Source: Candidatus Bathyarchaeota archaeon (lineage in GTDB: Archaea > Thermoproteota > Bathyarchaeia > 40CM-2-53-6). Taken from it: a stretch of 64,000 nt of DNA. The stretch lies in NCBI GenBank assembly GCA_963726255.1, contig CAVSBL010000002.1:1888001-1952000 (forward strand), read 5' to 3'. A program made the translations under genes and the position numbers. The notes under the pieces are model-generated. The model was not told the origin of the DNA. It ran no database searches and was given only the letters and a program-made list of their open reading frames with translations. Positions 38,921 through 48,330 of the stretch are shown here, piece after piece. Numbering within the stretch: the first letter of the stretch is position 1; each line of letters starts with the position of its first letter.

Positions 38921-40105
38921 ATGAAGATAGCCAACGTTGACATTTTCCAACTCGGTGAACAGGCGGCGGGGGTAAGTGCAACTTGGGCAGCGAACTCCAT
39001 AATCCTCAAGCTCACCACCTCCACCGGCCTTGTAGGCTATGGCGAGGCGGTCCCCACGCTTAGAGTTCAACCAGTAATACAGTCTCTTCGTGAAGTCGCT
39101 CGAGTCTACGTAGGGAAGGACCCTTGTGATGTTGAGCGCAATTGGCATGAGTGGCGTAAGCACGACTTTTACCTACCCGTATCCTTCGAGTCGACAACCG
39201 CGGTTAGTGCATTCGACATAGCCTGCTGGGACATAATCGGAAAGCAGTTCGGCGCACCATTACACAAGCTGATGGGGGGATCAACGAGAACGAAAGTGCG
39301 TCTGTACTCAAATGGATGGTACAATGACTGCGTAACACCAGACCAATTCGGCCAACGTGCGAAGCAGTTTGCTGGAATGGGATACACTGGCCTAAAGTTC
39401 GACCCCTTCGGAGATTACTATGACTGGATCGATACGAAAGGGTTGAGCATAGCATACGAACGGGTCAAGGCCGTACGGGATGCAACTGGCGGGAAAGTGG
39501 ACTTGCTCATCGAACACCATGGAAGATTCAACCCTAACTCCGCCATAATGATCGCCCGGAAACTTCGTGAATTTGACCCGCTCTTCATGGAGGAGCCAGT
39601 TCACCCAGAGAACGAAGACGGTCTGAGAAAGTACAGAGAGGCAACCGACGTAAGAGTTGCCATCGGCGAGAGAATACTAACCAAAGAGCAGGCGGCCCAT
39701 ATCCTCTCGAACAACCTCACAGATTTTCTTCAACCCGACATAACAAACATCGGCGGAGTAACGCAGGCGGTAAAAGTTGCGGCCATCGCAGAGGCATACG
39801 ACGTGGAAATCGCATTCCACAACGCGTTCGGCCCCATCCAAAACGCGGTAACCATCCAACTGGATGCCACCATACCCAACTTCCTGATACAGGAATCCTT
39901 CTACGACGTTTTTCCACCCTGGAAACGACAATTGGTGAAGGATCAGTCAAAGGTTGAGAACGGCTACGCCTCAGTGCCAACAAAACCTGGTCTAGGCGTT
40001 GAGGTAGACGAGAAGATTCTAGAGGATCACAAGGCGGAAGGTCAAGAATACTTCAACCCAGACGAACCTGTCTGGGTCGTGAAGAACACTTGGAGGAGTC
40101 CGTAA
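38921..40105 (+). CDS. gad: Gluconate/galactonate dehydratase (enolase superfamily, crenarchaeal GAD type)
   Basis: SATWA, GYGEAVPTLRV, DFYL..SFES, KFDPFG.YYDWID, IEHHGRFN.NSAIMIA, AFHNAFG, EPVWVVK.TW, which I recall as Sulfolobus/Thermoproteus GAD blocks. Confidence 0.88.
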   Translation: MKIANVDIFQLGEQAAGVSATWAANSIILKLTTSTGLVGYGEAVPTLRVQPVIQSLREVARVYVGKDPCDVERNWHEWRKHDFYLPVSFESTTAVSAFDIACWDIIGKQFGAPLHKLMGGSTRTKVRLYSNGWYNDCVTPDQFGQRAKQFAGMGYTGLKFDPFGDYYDWIDTKGLSIAYERVKAVRDATGGKVDLLIEHHGRFNPNSAIMIARKLREFDPLFMEEPVHPENEDGLRKYREATDVRVAIGERILTKEQAAHILSNNLTDFLQPDITNIGGVTQAVKVAAIAEAYDVEIAFHNAFGPIQNAVTIQLDATIPNFLIQESFYDVFPPWKRQLVKDQSKVENGYASVPTKPGLGVEVDEKILEDHKAEGQEYFNPDEPVWVVKNTWRSP

Positions 40106-40175
40106 GAGAGTAGCCACCGCAATCCAACCGAATGAGAGAACGGGTTAAGTTACCGCAGAATAATCGGGATATTCT

Positions 40176-41180
40176 ATGCAGATTCAATTCGGGTATAGGG
40201 CAGAAGCCGAAGGGCACCAGCCCGACGAACTCTTACGGTTCGCAGCGCTTGCTCAAACCAGCGGGTTCGATTTCATCCCAATAAGCGACCACTTCCACCC
40301 GTGGTTTCACACAAACGCTGCTTGCCCATTTGCGTGGTCATGGATGTCCGCTGCGGCTGCAACTATTCCTAACATTAGATTCGGAACGATAGTCACCGCG
40401 CCCATTGGCAGATACCACCCTGCTGTCATTGCTCAAGCCTTCGCAACCATGGACGCCATGTTCCCGAACAGAGTCTTCATTGCACTAGGAACTGGCGAAG
40501 CCATGAACGATTCTCCCCTCGGCTACCCATGGCCAAAATTCCCGGAAAGACTGGAACGGTTGAAGGAGGCCCTAGAAATAATTCGCCAACTATGGACCAT
40601 GGACTTTGTTAACTATTCAGGCACCTACTATACACTAAACGGTGCGAAACTCTACACCAAACCCAAAGGTCGTATTCCGATTTATGTTGCTGCCAACGGC
40701 CCGCAAGCGGCCAGCCTAGTTGGCAAATACGCCGACGGATACGCTACTATTGACCCAGTGATGAGCAACATCAAGACCTTATGGCCCATAATTGAACAGG
40801 CAGCAAAAGACGCTGGACGAGACGCAAACCAGCTTAACAAGAACGTTGAACTCTTCTTCTCCTACTCTCAGAATTATGATGAAGCCTTAGCTTCCGCGAG
40901 GAAATGGAAATCCAGCCTAATACCAAACATACTGAACCTGCCCATTCATGATCCCAGAGAGCTCGAAAGACAGGGAAACGAAATCTCAGACGATGAACTC
41001 GCAAAAGTCTGGACGATCGCAATTGACGCTGAACCAATAATCAAGAAGGCAGAGGCGGCAATATCGTTGGGATACAATGAGATTCAACTCCACAGCGCGA
41101 GCCCCTCCGAGGAGAATTTTCTGAACATGTGTAACAAAGATGTGCTACCTCATCTCAAACAAGAATTCGGTTCGGTTTAG
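40176..41180 (+). CDS. F420-dependent LLM-class oxidoreductase, Fgd/Adf-like
   Basis: ISDHFHPW, RYHPAVIAQAFAT, LGTGEAMN, LYTKP, AANGP. Confidence 0.85.
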   Translation: MQIQFGYRAEAEGHQPDELLRFAALAQTSGFDFIPISDHFHPWFHTNAACPFAWSWMSAAAATIPNIRFGTIVTAPIGRYHPAVIAQAFATMDAMFPNRVFIALGTGEAMNDSPLGYPWPKFPERLERLKEALEIIRQLWTMDFVNYSGTYYTLNGAKLYTKPKGRIPIYVAANGPQAASLVGKYADGYATIDPVMSNIKTLWPIIEQAAKDAGRDANQLNKNVELFFSYSQNYDEALASARKWKSSLIPNILNLPIHDPRELERQGNEISDDELAKVWTIAIDAEPIIKKAEAAISLGYNEIQLHSASPSEENFLNMCNKDVLPHLKQEFGSV

Positions 41181-41297
41181 TCCTTGCATGTATACCCCTG
41201 AATATTGTAGGTAACGCTCAGGCCGCTGTGTCTCTGAATTAAGGGATAGCCGTAAATCGCTACTCGGGCGATGCAGATCTGGTCCTGGGAACTACAT

Positions 41298-41549
41298 ATG
41301 TCAACGAAAAAAGTGCGGAAATGTGTTGCTTGCGGGAAACCGATTCGGGGGAAACCAGCATTGATGCAGCTGCAAATCACCCATGAGCAGAGGAAGCTCA
41401 TGGAACGCGCGAAGGAACTCGGGTTTACTTCGGAGAGCTGGCGGGCGGGTGATAGTATGGAAGGTGTTTTCGATAAGAACTGTTTCAACGTGGCGATGCT
41501 GGTTTGGCAAGTGGCCTTCAACACACGTGCGTTAAGCCCACGTCGTTAA
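41298..41549 (+). CDS. Small Zn-finger-like protein
   Basis: ATG 41298; KCVACGKPI...FDKNCF (treble-clef-like). Confidence 0.55.
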   Translation: MSTKKVRKCVACGKPIRGKPALMQLQITHEQRKLMERAKELGFTSESWRAGDSMEGVFDKNCFNVAMLVWQVAFNTRALSPRR

Positions 41550-41648
41550 CAGATAATGCTCCGCCGAGCTCGCCGAGAGGAACTATTAAGGCTCAGTCTA
41601 CAGGACTGGTTTAGGAAGAACTCCATTCCGCATTAGGAAAAGATCGCA

Positions 41649-42476
41649 TTGCAGTCTCCAGCACAAGCCAAGCTTTGCCCGCTCTGCGGCCAACCCTCAA
41701 TGTTTGATGATTTGACAGAATTCTACTACTGTAACCATTGCGACCAGTTCGTTCAATGGTTACCCGACAGCTATGCGCTAATGATGAGTGGCCCGCCTGG
41801 AGCCGGAAAGACCCCTAGTCTCCATTATTGGTGCGATTTCTATCTGCGGAACAATCGCCCTGTCGTCCTACTAGCGTTCGACGACTCCCCCTCAAATCTT
41901 CGGGGTCCCTTAGGAATGTATACCCACGAGAAACTGGCGGAGTACGAAAAGTCGGGCCTAGCAGCTCTCGTGGATTGCTATGGGTCGATAGCCGGAGTGA
42001 CCAGCCAGGAGAAGTATGCGCTGAAGAACCGGGCTGACCTAAACGAGTTAAGCCTTCTAATTACCGACCTGCTGAATGAGAAAGCGAAGCTTGGCAGCCC
42101 TAAGGTCTTTATGGATTCTGCTACGCCTCTCTTTACCTACAAAGACCCCCAACTTGTCCTGCAATTTCTCACGACTATGGCAGTTAAAATCAAAGCGAAG
42201 GGCGGCGCCTTCATAATCGCTGTCACGTCGGGGACAATTAACGAGGAAGTCTCTAAGCGTTTGGAGACGCTTCTGGATCTATCAGTGGAGCTTCGAATAT
42301 TGGAAGTCGACGGGCGCAAGAAACGCCAGATGAGAATTGCTAAGGCACGGGGGCAGCGGGTCTACGAAGATTGGATTCCCATATACATTGGGAATAAAGC
42401 GATTTCAATAGATGTAGGAGAGGACCCCGCCAAGTACGACCGGTTGAAAAAGGCCCTCCGCGGTACGACAGCCTAA
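41649..42476 (+). CDS. KaiC/RAD55-like ATPase with N-terminal Zn ribbon
   Basis: CPLCG...CNHCD; Walker A GPPGAGKT; Walker B VFMDS; C-terminal MRIAKARG. Confidence 0.85.
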   Translation: MQSPAQAKLCPLCGQPSMFDDLTEFYYCNHCDQFVQWLPDSYALMMSGPPGAGKTPSLHYWCDFYLRNNRPVVLLAFDDSPSNLRGPLGMYTHEKLAEYEKSGLAALVDCYGSIAGVTSQEKYALKNRADLNELSLLITDLLNEKAKLGSPKVFMDSATPLFTYKDPQLVLQFLTTMAVKIKAKGGAFIIAVTSGTINEEVSKRLETLLDLSVELRILEVDGRKKRQMRIAKARGQRVYEDWIPIYIGNKAISIDVGEDPAKYDRLKKALRGTTA

Positions 42477-42559
42477 CTCATCATTTTCATTTGTGCCCCA
42501 CAACACATACCAGGCGTGCTCGATTCTTTGCCGCAGGATTCACATTTGTACATAGCCAT
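42473..42559 (-). CDS. 28-aa desulforedoxin-like metal-binding microprotein (not in ORF track)
   Basis: MAMYKCESCGKESSTPGMCCGAQMKMMS*; perfect GGAGGTGA RBS 8 nt upstream (42568-42575); TTTAAT box at ~42616-42621. Confidence 0.8.
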   Translation of the reverse strand: MAMYKCESCGKESSTPGMCCGAQMKMMS

Positions 42560-42732
42560 TCTGAAACTCACCTCCAGAAAGGAACGAGAACTATTCGGTA
42601 TGACAATGAATATGCATTAAACAGTATATTTTGTTTGTGCAAAGTGTTTGCATGCGTGTTCGAGAGGATGGAATCAACGAACCTAATTAGGGGCCGTTAT
42701 TGTTGCGTGCTCGCGAAAAATACTGATGCGCC

Positions 42733-43722
42733 ATGAACCCTGTAGAAGTTAATGCACTGTCGAAGACCTTCGAAACGAAAGAAGGGCCACTGTTTCGTAA
42801 GGTTCCTAGGACGGTAGTTGCCGTGGACGGCATTAGCTTCAACGTGCCCGAAGGCGAAATCTTCGGGCTACTCGGGCCAAACGGGGCGGGGAAGACGACG
42901 ACTATCAAAATGCTCTGCACTCTGATAACGCCCACATCCGGAGACGCTCACGTCGCAGGGTTCAGCGTAGCGAAAGAACAACAGAAGGTTCGTGCGAACT
43001 TGGGCGTAATGTTGACGGGGGAACGAACGCTCTACTGGAAGCTCACAGGGCGAGAGAACCTCGAGTACTTTGCTGCTCTCTACCACATGGACCCGAGCTA
43101 CGCGAAGAATCGCATCGAAGACTTGCTCACGTTGGTTGGTTTGAAGGAACGTGAGGACATGTTGGTTGAGAATTATTCAACCGGCATGCGAATTCGGCTC
43201 TCGTTCGCCAAGGCACTTCTCAACGAAGCCCCAGTCCTGCTTTTCGACGAACCAACAGCAAGCCTTGACCCTCAATCTTCACGGTTAATCCGGGACATCA
43301 TTCGGGATTTGAAGAAGGGCGGCCACGCTATTATCCTCACGACCCACAACATGGAGGAAGCCGACATGTTGAGTGACAGGGTAGCAATAATCGACCACGG
43401 CAAGATCGTAAGCCTCGGACCCCCATCAGAATTGAAGCAGAAAGTGAAGAGTAGCGACGTAATAGAGATAGAAGGTCGCAACCTTACCGACGAAACCGCG
43501 AATTCTCTTCAATCCTTCAGCGAGGTTTCAAAAGCCGCATACTCAACGGAGGCCGGCGAGAAAGGATTGCTGCGCATCCACGTGGAGAAGGGAAAGGAAA
43601 TACTGCCGAAAATTCTTGAATTTCTGGTTCGCAAACAAGCCACCATCACCAAAGTCAATTTCATAGAACCCACTCTAGAGGACGTCTTCATCGCTCAAAC
43701 AGGCAGAAGCCTGAGGGATTAG
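42733..43722 (+). CDS. ABC-2 exporter ATP-binding subunit (DrrA-like)
   Basis: GPNGAGKTT, YSTGM, LLFDEPT, TTHNMEEA, EPTLEDVF. Confidence 0.92.
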   Translation: MNPVEVNALSKTFETKEGPLFRKVPRTVVAVDGISFNVPEGEIFGLLGPNGAGKTTTIKMLCTLITPTSGDAHVAGFSVAKEQQKVRANLGVMLTGERTLYWKLTGRENLEYFAALYHMDPSYAKNRIEDLLTLVGLKEREDMLVENYSTGMRIRLSFAKALLNEAPVLLFDEPTASLDPQSSRLIRDIIRDLKKGGHAIILTTHNMEEADMLSDRVAIIDHGKIVSLGPPSELKQKVKSSDVIEIEGRNLTDETANSLQSFSEVSKAAYSTEAGEKGLLRIHVEKGKEILPKILEFLVRKQATITKVNFIEPTLEDVFIAQTGRSLRD

Positions 43723-43723
43723 A

Positions 43724-44563
43724 ATGCGAACTAGGTCAGGCCTTAAGGCCACGTTTGGGGCGTTGGCCGCAATTTTCTGGAAGGCAATAAAGCACTACAC
43801 ACGTTACCCTGGGGGATTTGTGATATACCTAATCATGCCTTTCCTGTTTTCGATCCTGATCTTCGGGATGGGTCAATTTGTCGGTGGCGGGAATGCCGCG
43901 TCGAATTTCGCAGTTCGAACTGGAACAACCAATTTCATCGTCTACGAAATTCTTGGCAGTGCTGTTTGGATGACAAGTTGGGTGGTAGTAGAGGATGTCG
44001 GGGTAGCTTTGCGAGATGAGCAGATGAAAGGAACTCTGGAGCAGAACTTCTTGGCACCAATTAGTCGGTTCACTCTCTTAGTCGGCATGAGCCTCGCTGA
44101 CGTTGTTATCACATCAGTCATCTTCCTTGTAGTTGTTGGCGTGACGATGGCGGTCGTTCTACCTTCCGGTTTTCTGAACATTTTTCAGGCCTTCCTGACT
44201 TTGCTTATTGGTCTGGTTCCGATGTTTGGCATCGGTTTTCTGTTCGCTGGGTTCGTGGTCAAGTTCAAGGAACCCTATGTGTTCACTCAGTTGATCAATC
44301 TCATCTTCGCCACGCTGACCGGGACATATTATCCCGTGACGTTCCTGCCATACTGGGTTCAATTCATGTCCGGAGTGCTTCCCCAAACCTACGTGATCGA
44401 AGATATGCGCCGTATTGTTCTGGCTGACCAGACACTTGTGAGCCTTTACGGGAGCGTCTTCATACTGCTAACGCTGGCTCTCGCTTACCCAGTTATTGGG
44501 TACGCGATTTTCAGGCAACTTGAGAGGAGGGCAAGTGTGACCGGTGAATTCTCAAAATACTAG
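43724..44563 (+). CDS. ABC-2 permease
   Basis: Six TM segments; EQMKGTLEQNFLAP, GTYYPV..LP.W. Confidence 0.88.
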   Translation: MRTRSGLKATFGALAAIFWKAIKHYTRYPGGFVIYLIMPFLFSILIFGMGQFVGGGNAASNFAVRTGTTNFIVYEILGSAVWMTSWVVVEDVGVALRDEQMKGTLEQNFLAPISRFTLLVGMSLADVVITSVIFLVVVGVTMAVVLPSGFLNIFQAFLTLLIGLVPMFGIGFLFAGFVVKFKEPYVFTQLINLIFATLTGTYYPVTFLPYWVQFMSGVLPQTYVIEDMRRIVLADQTLVSLYGSVFILLTLALAYPVIGYAIFRQLERRASVTGEFSKY

Positions 44564-45374
44564 CTTCACCAGACAGTTGTTTGTGGAATTCAAAGCTTCA
44601 TTCGTAAAGGACCTTCGCTCTTACGTGCGGTACCCAGCTTGGGTCTTGGGCGAGTTCATTAGCACGCCGCTTTGGTTCTTCTTCTTCGCCCTAGGCGTAA
44701 CGCTGTTCGCGCCAGCTACAGCTTCTTCCTCACGTGGCGGGGGCTTAGCTTTCTTCTTTTTCGGGTTTGTCTTCATAATTCTCTTCAGCACGTCAGTCTG
44801 GGGCGTGGGTCAAAGCATTCGCAATGAGCAGACTGCTGGGACGCTTGAACAATTTTTCCTCGCACCCGTCAACCGAGCCACACTTATCGTAGGTAGGTGG
44901 GCACGTGTTTTTCTCACGGACGCTCTCATCATCAGCTACACGACGTTTCTACTCTACCTGCTCGGCGGCGGGCTCGTAACTCTCCTCAATCCTGTGTCCT
45001 TCCTCTTCTCGTTGGGGTTGTATGAAGTAGCCCTCGTAGGCTTCGGGCTGTTCATAGCGGGGTTGACAATGCGTATCAAATCGTACAATACTCTATCCAA
45101 CTTAGTTTTCTTTGGTTACATGATCCTCACAGGCGCGCTATTCCCGGTCACAGTCATTCCCATGCCGTTCCGCTATCTTTCATTAGCGATTCCTTTCACA
45201 TACTTCAACGACCTTATGCGGCACGCAGCGTTGGGCAGTCCAACACTTTTTCCACAAGTCCTAGAATACGTCGCTGCAGTTCTCTTATCGATCTCTATGC
45301 TATTAGTGGGCTTTGTTACATTCAATAAAATTGAGGAAGAAGCACGAATTCAAGGCAGCATCGGAACAAGTTAA
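44544..45374 (+). CDS. ABC-2 permease
   Basis: EQTAGTLEQFFLAP, GALFPV..IP; overlaps the previous gene. Confidence 0.88.
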   Translation: MNSQNTSFTRQLFVEFKASFVKDLRSYVRYPAWVLGEFISTPLWFFFFALGVTLFAPATASSSRGGGLAFFFFGFVFIILFSTSVWGVGQSIRNEQTAGTLEQFFLAPVNRATLIVGRWARVFLTDALIISYTTFLLYLLGGGLVTLLNPVSFLFSLGLYEVALVGFGLFIAGLTMRIKSYNTLSNLVFFGYMILTGALFPVTVIPMPFRYLSLAIPFTYFNDLMRHAALGSPTLFPQVLEYVAAVLLSISMLLVGFVTFNKIEEEARIQGSIGTS

Positions 45375-45500
45375 TTTGCACTGCGTCCAAGAAGGCGATA
45401 GCATGTTTACGATAAACACGTGCGTGGACGAAGCAAGACGGCCTGGAAGCTTTAATGAATAGGATGCCATACTGAAGGACTGCTTCAAAGGCGCGTCTAA

Positions 45501-46541
45501 TTGATGGCCACGCTTCGGCTCGGGTATTGGGCTGCGCAAGAACAATACGACCCGGAACGCCTGTTGCAGAACGCGGTCCATGCTGAAGTCGTTGGCTTCG
45601 ACATGATAGTTACGAGCGACCATTTTCATCCGTGGGGCGACACGGGCGGCCAGGCAGGGTTCCCATGGGTGTGGCTGGCAGCAGCTGCGGAGAAAACTAG
45701 GAAGGTTGAGGTGGGGACCGCTGTTACGACTCCCCTCTTTCGGTACCACCCCGCAATCGTCGCGCAGGCTTTCGCAACGCTCGACAACCTCTACCCTGGA
45801 AGAATTTTCATAACCCTTGGCACCGGCCACTCCATGAACGAGACACCGCTGGGTTTCAAGTGGCCTGGCTTTGAGGAAAAAGTTGCGAGGCTGCAGGAGT
45901 CGCTTGAGATAATACAGAAACTTTGGACGGGCGACTTTGTCACATACGAAGGAAAATATTACCAACTTAACAAGGCCAAACTCTACACGAAACCGAAGAC
46001 CAAGATCCCAGTTTACTTAGCTACTTCAAACGAGCGGGTCGCAAGACTCGCCGGCCAATTCAGCGACGGAATCCTCACCAACCCCAGGGGGCTGGACCGC
46101 TTCAGGAAGATTGTGAGGGCCATGGAGAAATCCGCCGCAAAAGTAGGCCGCAATCCGAGCAAGCTCAGCAAGAGCATGGAGTTCAAGGTCGCCTACGACA
46201 TCGACTACAATCGAGCCCTCAAATCAGCCATGTTCTGGGCGACCACTGCCATACCCCGCGAGAAACGAGAGCACATTTGGGACCCAAGGGAATTGCAGGC
46301 GCTCGTTGGCCCCGAAGAGGAAAGAAAAATCAAAGAATCCTGGCTCATAACAACTGATTCCGACGACATCATAAAGCGCCTGGGTGATTTTCTCAAGATG
46401 GGTTTCGATCGAGTTTACATCCACAGCGCCAGCCCCATCGAAGGACGATTCTTGAACTTGCTGGGACGCGAAATACTGCCATGGATGAGAGAGTATTATG
46501 AAAGCCTATTCCGCCCCGTCCGCACAGTAGCCGTAGAATAA
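45501..46541 (+). CDS. F420-dependent LLM-class oxidoreductase, Fgd-like (paralog with GTGHSMNE)
   Basis: AAQEQ, TSDHFHPW, TAVTTPLFRYHPAIVAQAFATL, LYTKP. Confidence 0.85.
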   Translation: MMATLRLGYWAAQEQYDPERLLQNAVHAEVVGFDMIVTSDHFHPWGDTGGQAGFPWVWLAAAAEKTRKVEVGTAVTTPLFRYHPAIVAQAFATLDNLYPGRIFITLGTGHSMNETPLGFKWPGFEEKVARLQESLEIIQKLWTGDFVTYEGKYYQLNKAKLYTKPKTKIPVYLATSNERVARLAGQFSDGILTNPRGLDRFRKIVRAMEKSAAKVGRNPSKLSKSMEFKVAYDIDYNRALKSAMFWATTAIPREKREHIWDPRELQALVGPEEERKIKESWLITTDSDDIIKRLGDFLKMGFDRVYIHSASPIEGRFLNLLGREILPWMREYYESLFRPVRTVAVE

Positions 46542-46959
46542 CGATGCTTCAGCGACCCTCCAACATTACAGTATGTCGCTGCTGACTAACTGCATAGTTG
46601 CTAGGCAACCCGCTTCAACCTAGTAACCAGGAAAGTGGTTAATGGGATCACGGCCAGCGTTGCGGTGCTGTTGGATATTCAGGGATTGGGGTCATCGTGA
46701 ACGTGAAGGAAAGGCATTCGACCCCACGCCACACCTAGACGCTTGCGGTATGCACCGTCCTTACAGCGCAGATGGTAAGTGGATTGGTCCAAATCCACAT
46801 GCACTTTGTCAAGCGGTTCAGTTACGGCCTTCTCCACCTTCGGCGCCTACGCAACAGGAACACGTTTCCAGAGGTTCTCTCAAAGGATTCGAGTGACTAA
46901 GGATCAATCAGGTGGTTCCGAGTTCCTTAGCTCTCTCTCTCGCGAATGGAGATATTTTT

Positions 46960-48129
46960 TCAAGAGGTTACGGAATGGTGCCATCTGAGTATGTATTCAG
47001 GTAACCTTAGGCCGCGTTCTGCAACCTTCTCTACTAGGTATATCGGAAGTGGGCTGAGTGCGAAGGCGGCCTTCACGTAGAAACTGTTAGGCCTCCCCTC
47101 AAGCCCGTTCCCCTTTATTGTGAAGGACAGGTCGGAGGTTGCGGCTATGGTGCTGTCTGGGTTTCCAACCACTGATGCGACGAGTGCTCCCATGCGTTTG
47201 AAGTTTTTGCACCAGCCAGCCACAATCTCCGTCTCTCCACTATTAGAGATGACAATTAGAACGTCGCCCGCGCGTGGTGCCGGTGTATTAGATTCCCCTG
47301 CCACGTAAATCTGGTCGCCCATCGCACGCTTCACATGCCCAACCCGCACGGCCGTCATGCGCGCAACCTCCCTACCGCTACCCAGCCCAACGAAGAAGCA
47401 TGAGTGCCTCTGTTCGAGGGCGTCTACTAATGATTTGAAGAAACCTGAGGCGACGAACTCATCCACAAGCGAGCCGATTTCTGAGAAGAGCTGTTTAGAT
47501 CGTGATACAACGCGATCCGCCGGCGCGTTCTCGTATAATGCTTCGGCAATTGATTGAAAGAGCACACCCGTGCCTAGGATAAACAGGTCTTCAAGGATTC
47601 CAGTCGTCCGAAACTCTTTGGATTCGGTCGGTGCCTCATCAGGCTCCCGCCCCTTGAGCAGGAGCACATTCCCATACTTAGTGCCGAGTTTACCGATAGG
47701 TGAGTCTCGGTCGGAGGTCACCGCGTCTATGCGGAAGTCTCGTGAGTTTCCATGCTCCGCAATATACATGGCCAAATGTTGTGCGTCAAGGAGAGGCATC
47801 AGTGACTTGCCGCTGCCCGAGTTGATCAGTAAACATACCTGCCCAAAACGCTGCCTCAGCATTGGTGCAGCTTCCATGAGGTTTCGACCCGGGAACCCGA
47901 TGTCTCCACGGTCTAGAACGAGCTTACCGCCGCGCATCTTGGCCATTTCACTGCAAGCTATGCTGAGCGCGCCTTTCGAACGCCCTTCACCTGAGGGGAG
48001 AATCACTGCAGCACCCATAATATCGTGGTATAATGCTTCGATTTCCGCCCGGTTGGCTTCCTCTAGGTTTTGGTATATCCGATTTACGAAGGTAACCGAG
48101 CTGATTTCGCTTGGCATTTCACTCTTCAC
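46960..48129 (-). CDS. Tandem SIS-domain protein, 6-phospho-3-hexuloisomerase-like
   Basis: N-half: GEGRS...INSGSGKS...VTS..DSPIG. C-half: GLGSG...YVAGESNTP..RAGDVLIVISNSGET...NPDSTIA..SD. Confidence 0.75.
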   Translation of the reverse strand: MKSEMPSEISSVTFVNRIYQNLEEANRAEIEALYHDIMGAAVILPSGEGRSKGALSIACSEMAKMRGGKLVLDRGDIGFPGRNLMEAAPMLRQRFGQVCLLINSGSGKSLMPLLDAQHLAMYIAEHGNSRDFRIDAVTSDRDSPIGKLGTKYGNVLLLKGREPDEAPTESKEFRTTGILEDLFILGTGVLFQSIAEALYENAPADRVVSRSKQLFSEIGSLVDEFVASGFFKSLVDALEQRHSCFFVGLGSGREVARMTAVRVGHVKRAMGDQIYVAGESNTPAPRAGDVLIVISNSGETEIVAGWCKNFKRMGALVASVVGNPDSTIAATSDLSFTIKGNGLEGRPNSFYVKAAFALSPLPIYLVEKVAERGLRLPEYILRWHHSVTS

Positions 48130-48330
48130 AGCGCACTCCGGGTGGTCGTTTCAACCTTGGTATGAATCTCAAATAAGTGGTTTCGCGTTGAGGACCAATG
48201 GCAAATGAGAGAACTGTAAGTATGATTCGAAGGCAACCTAGAAAAGGAATATAGTCTCACTACTTTTTGCGTGAAAAGCTTCTTTTCAGGCACGAGAACT
48301 ATAGTGACCGCTTAAGTAGCTTCTGGCGCA

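Noticed and set aside
45303-45965. 220-aa minus-strand ORF (likewise 47570-48208 and other antisense ORFs)
   Set aside because: Opposite well-supported genes; no independent coding signal.
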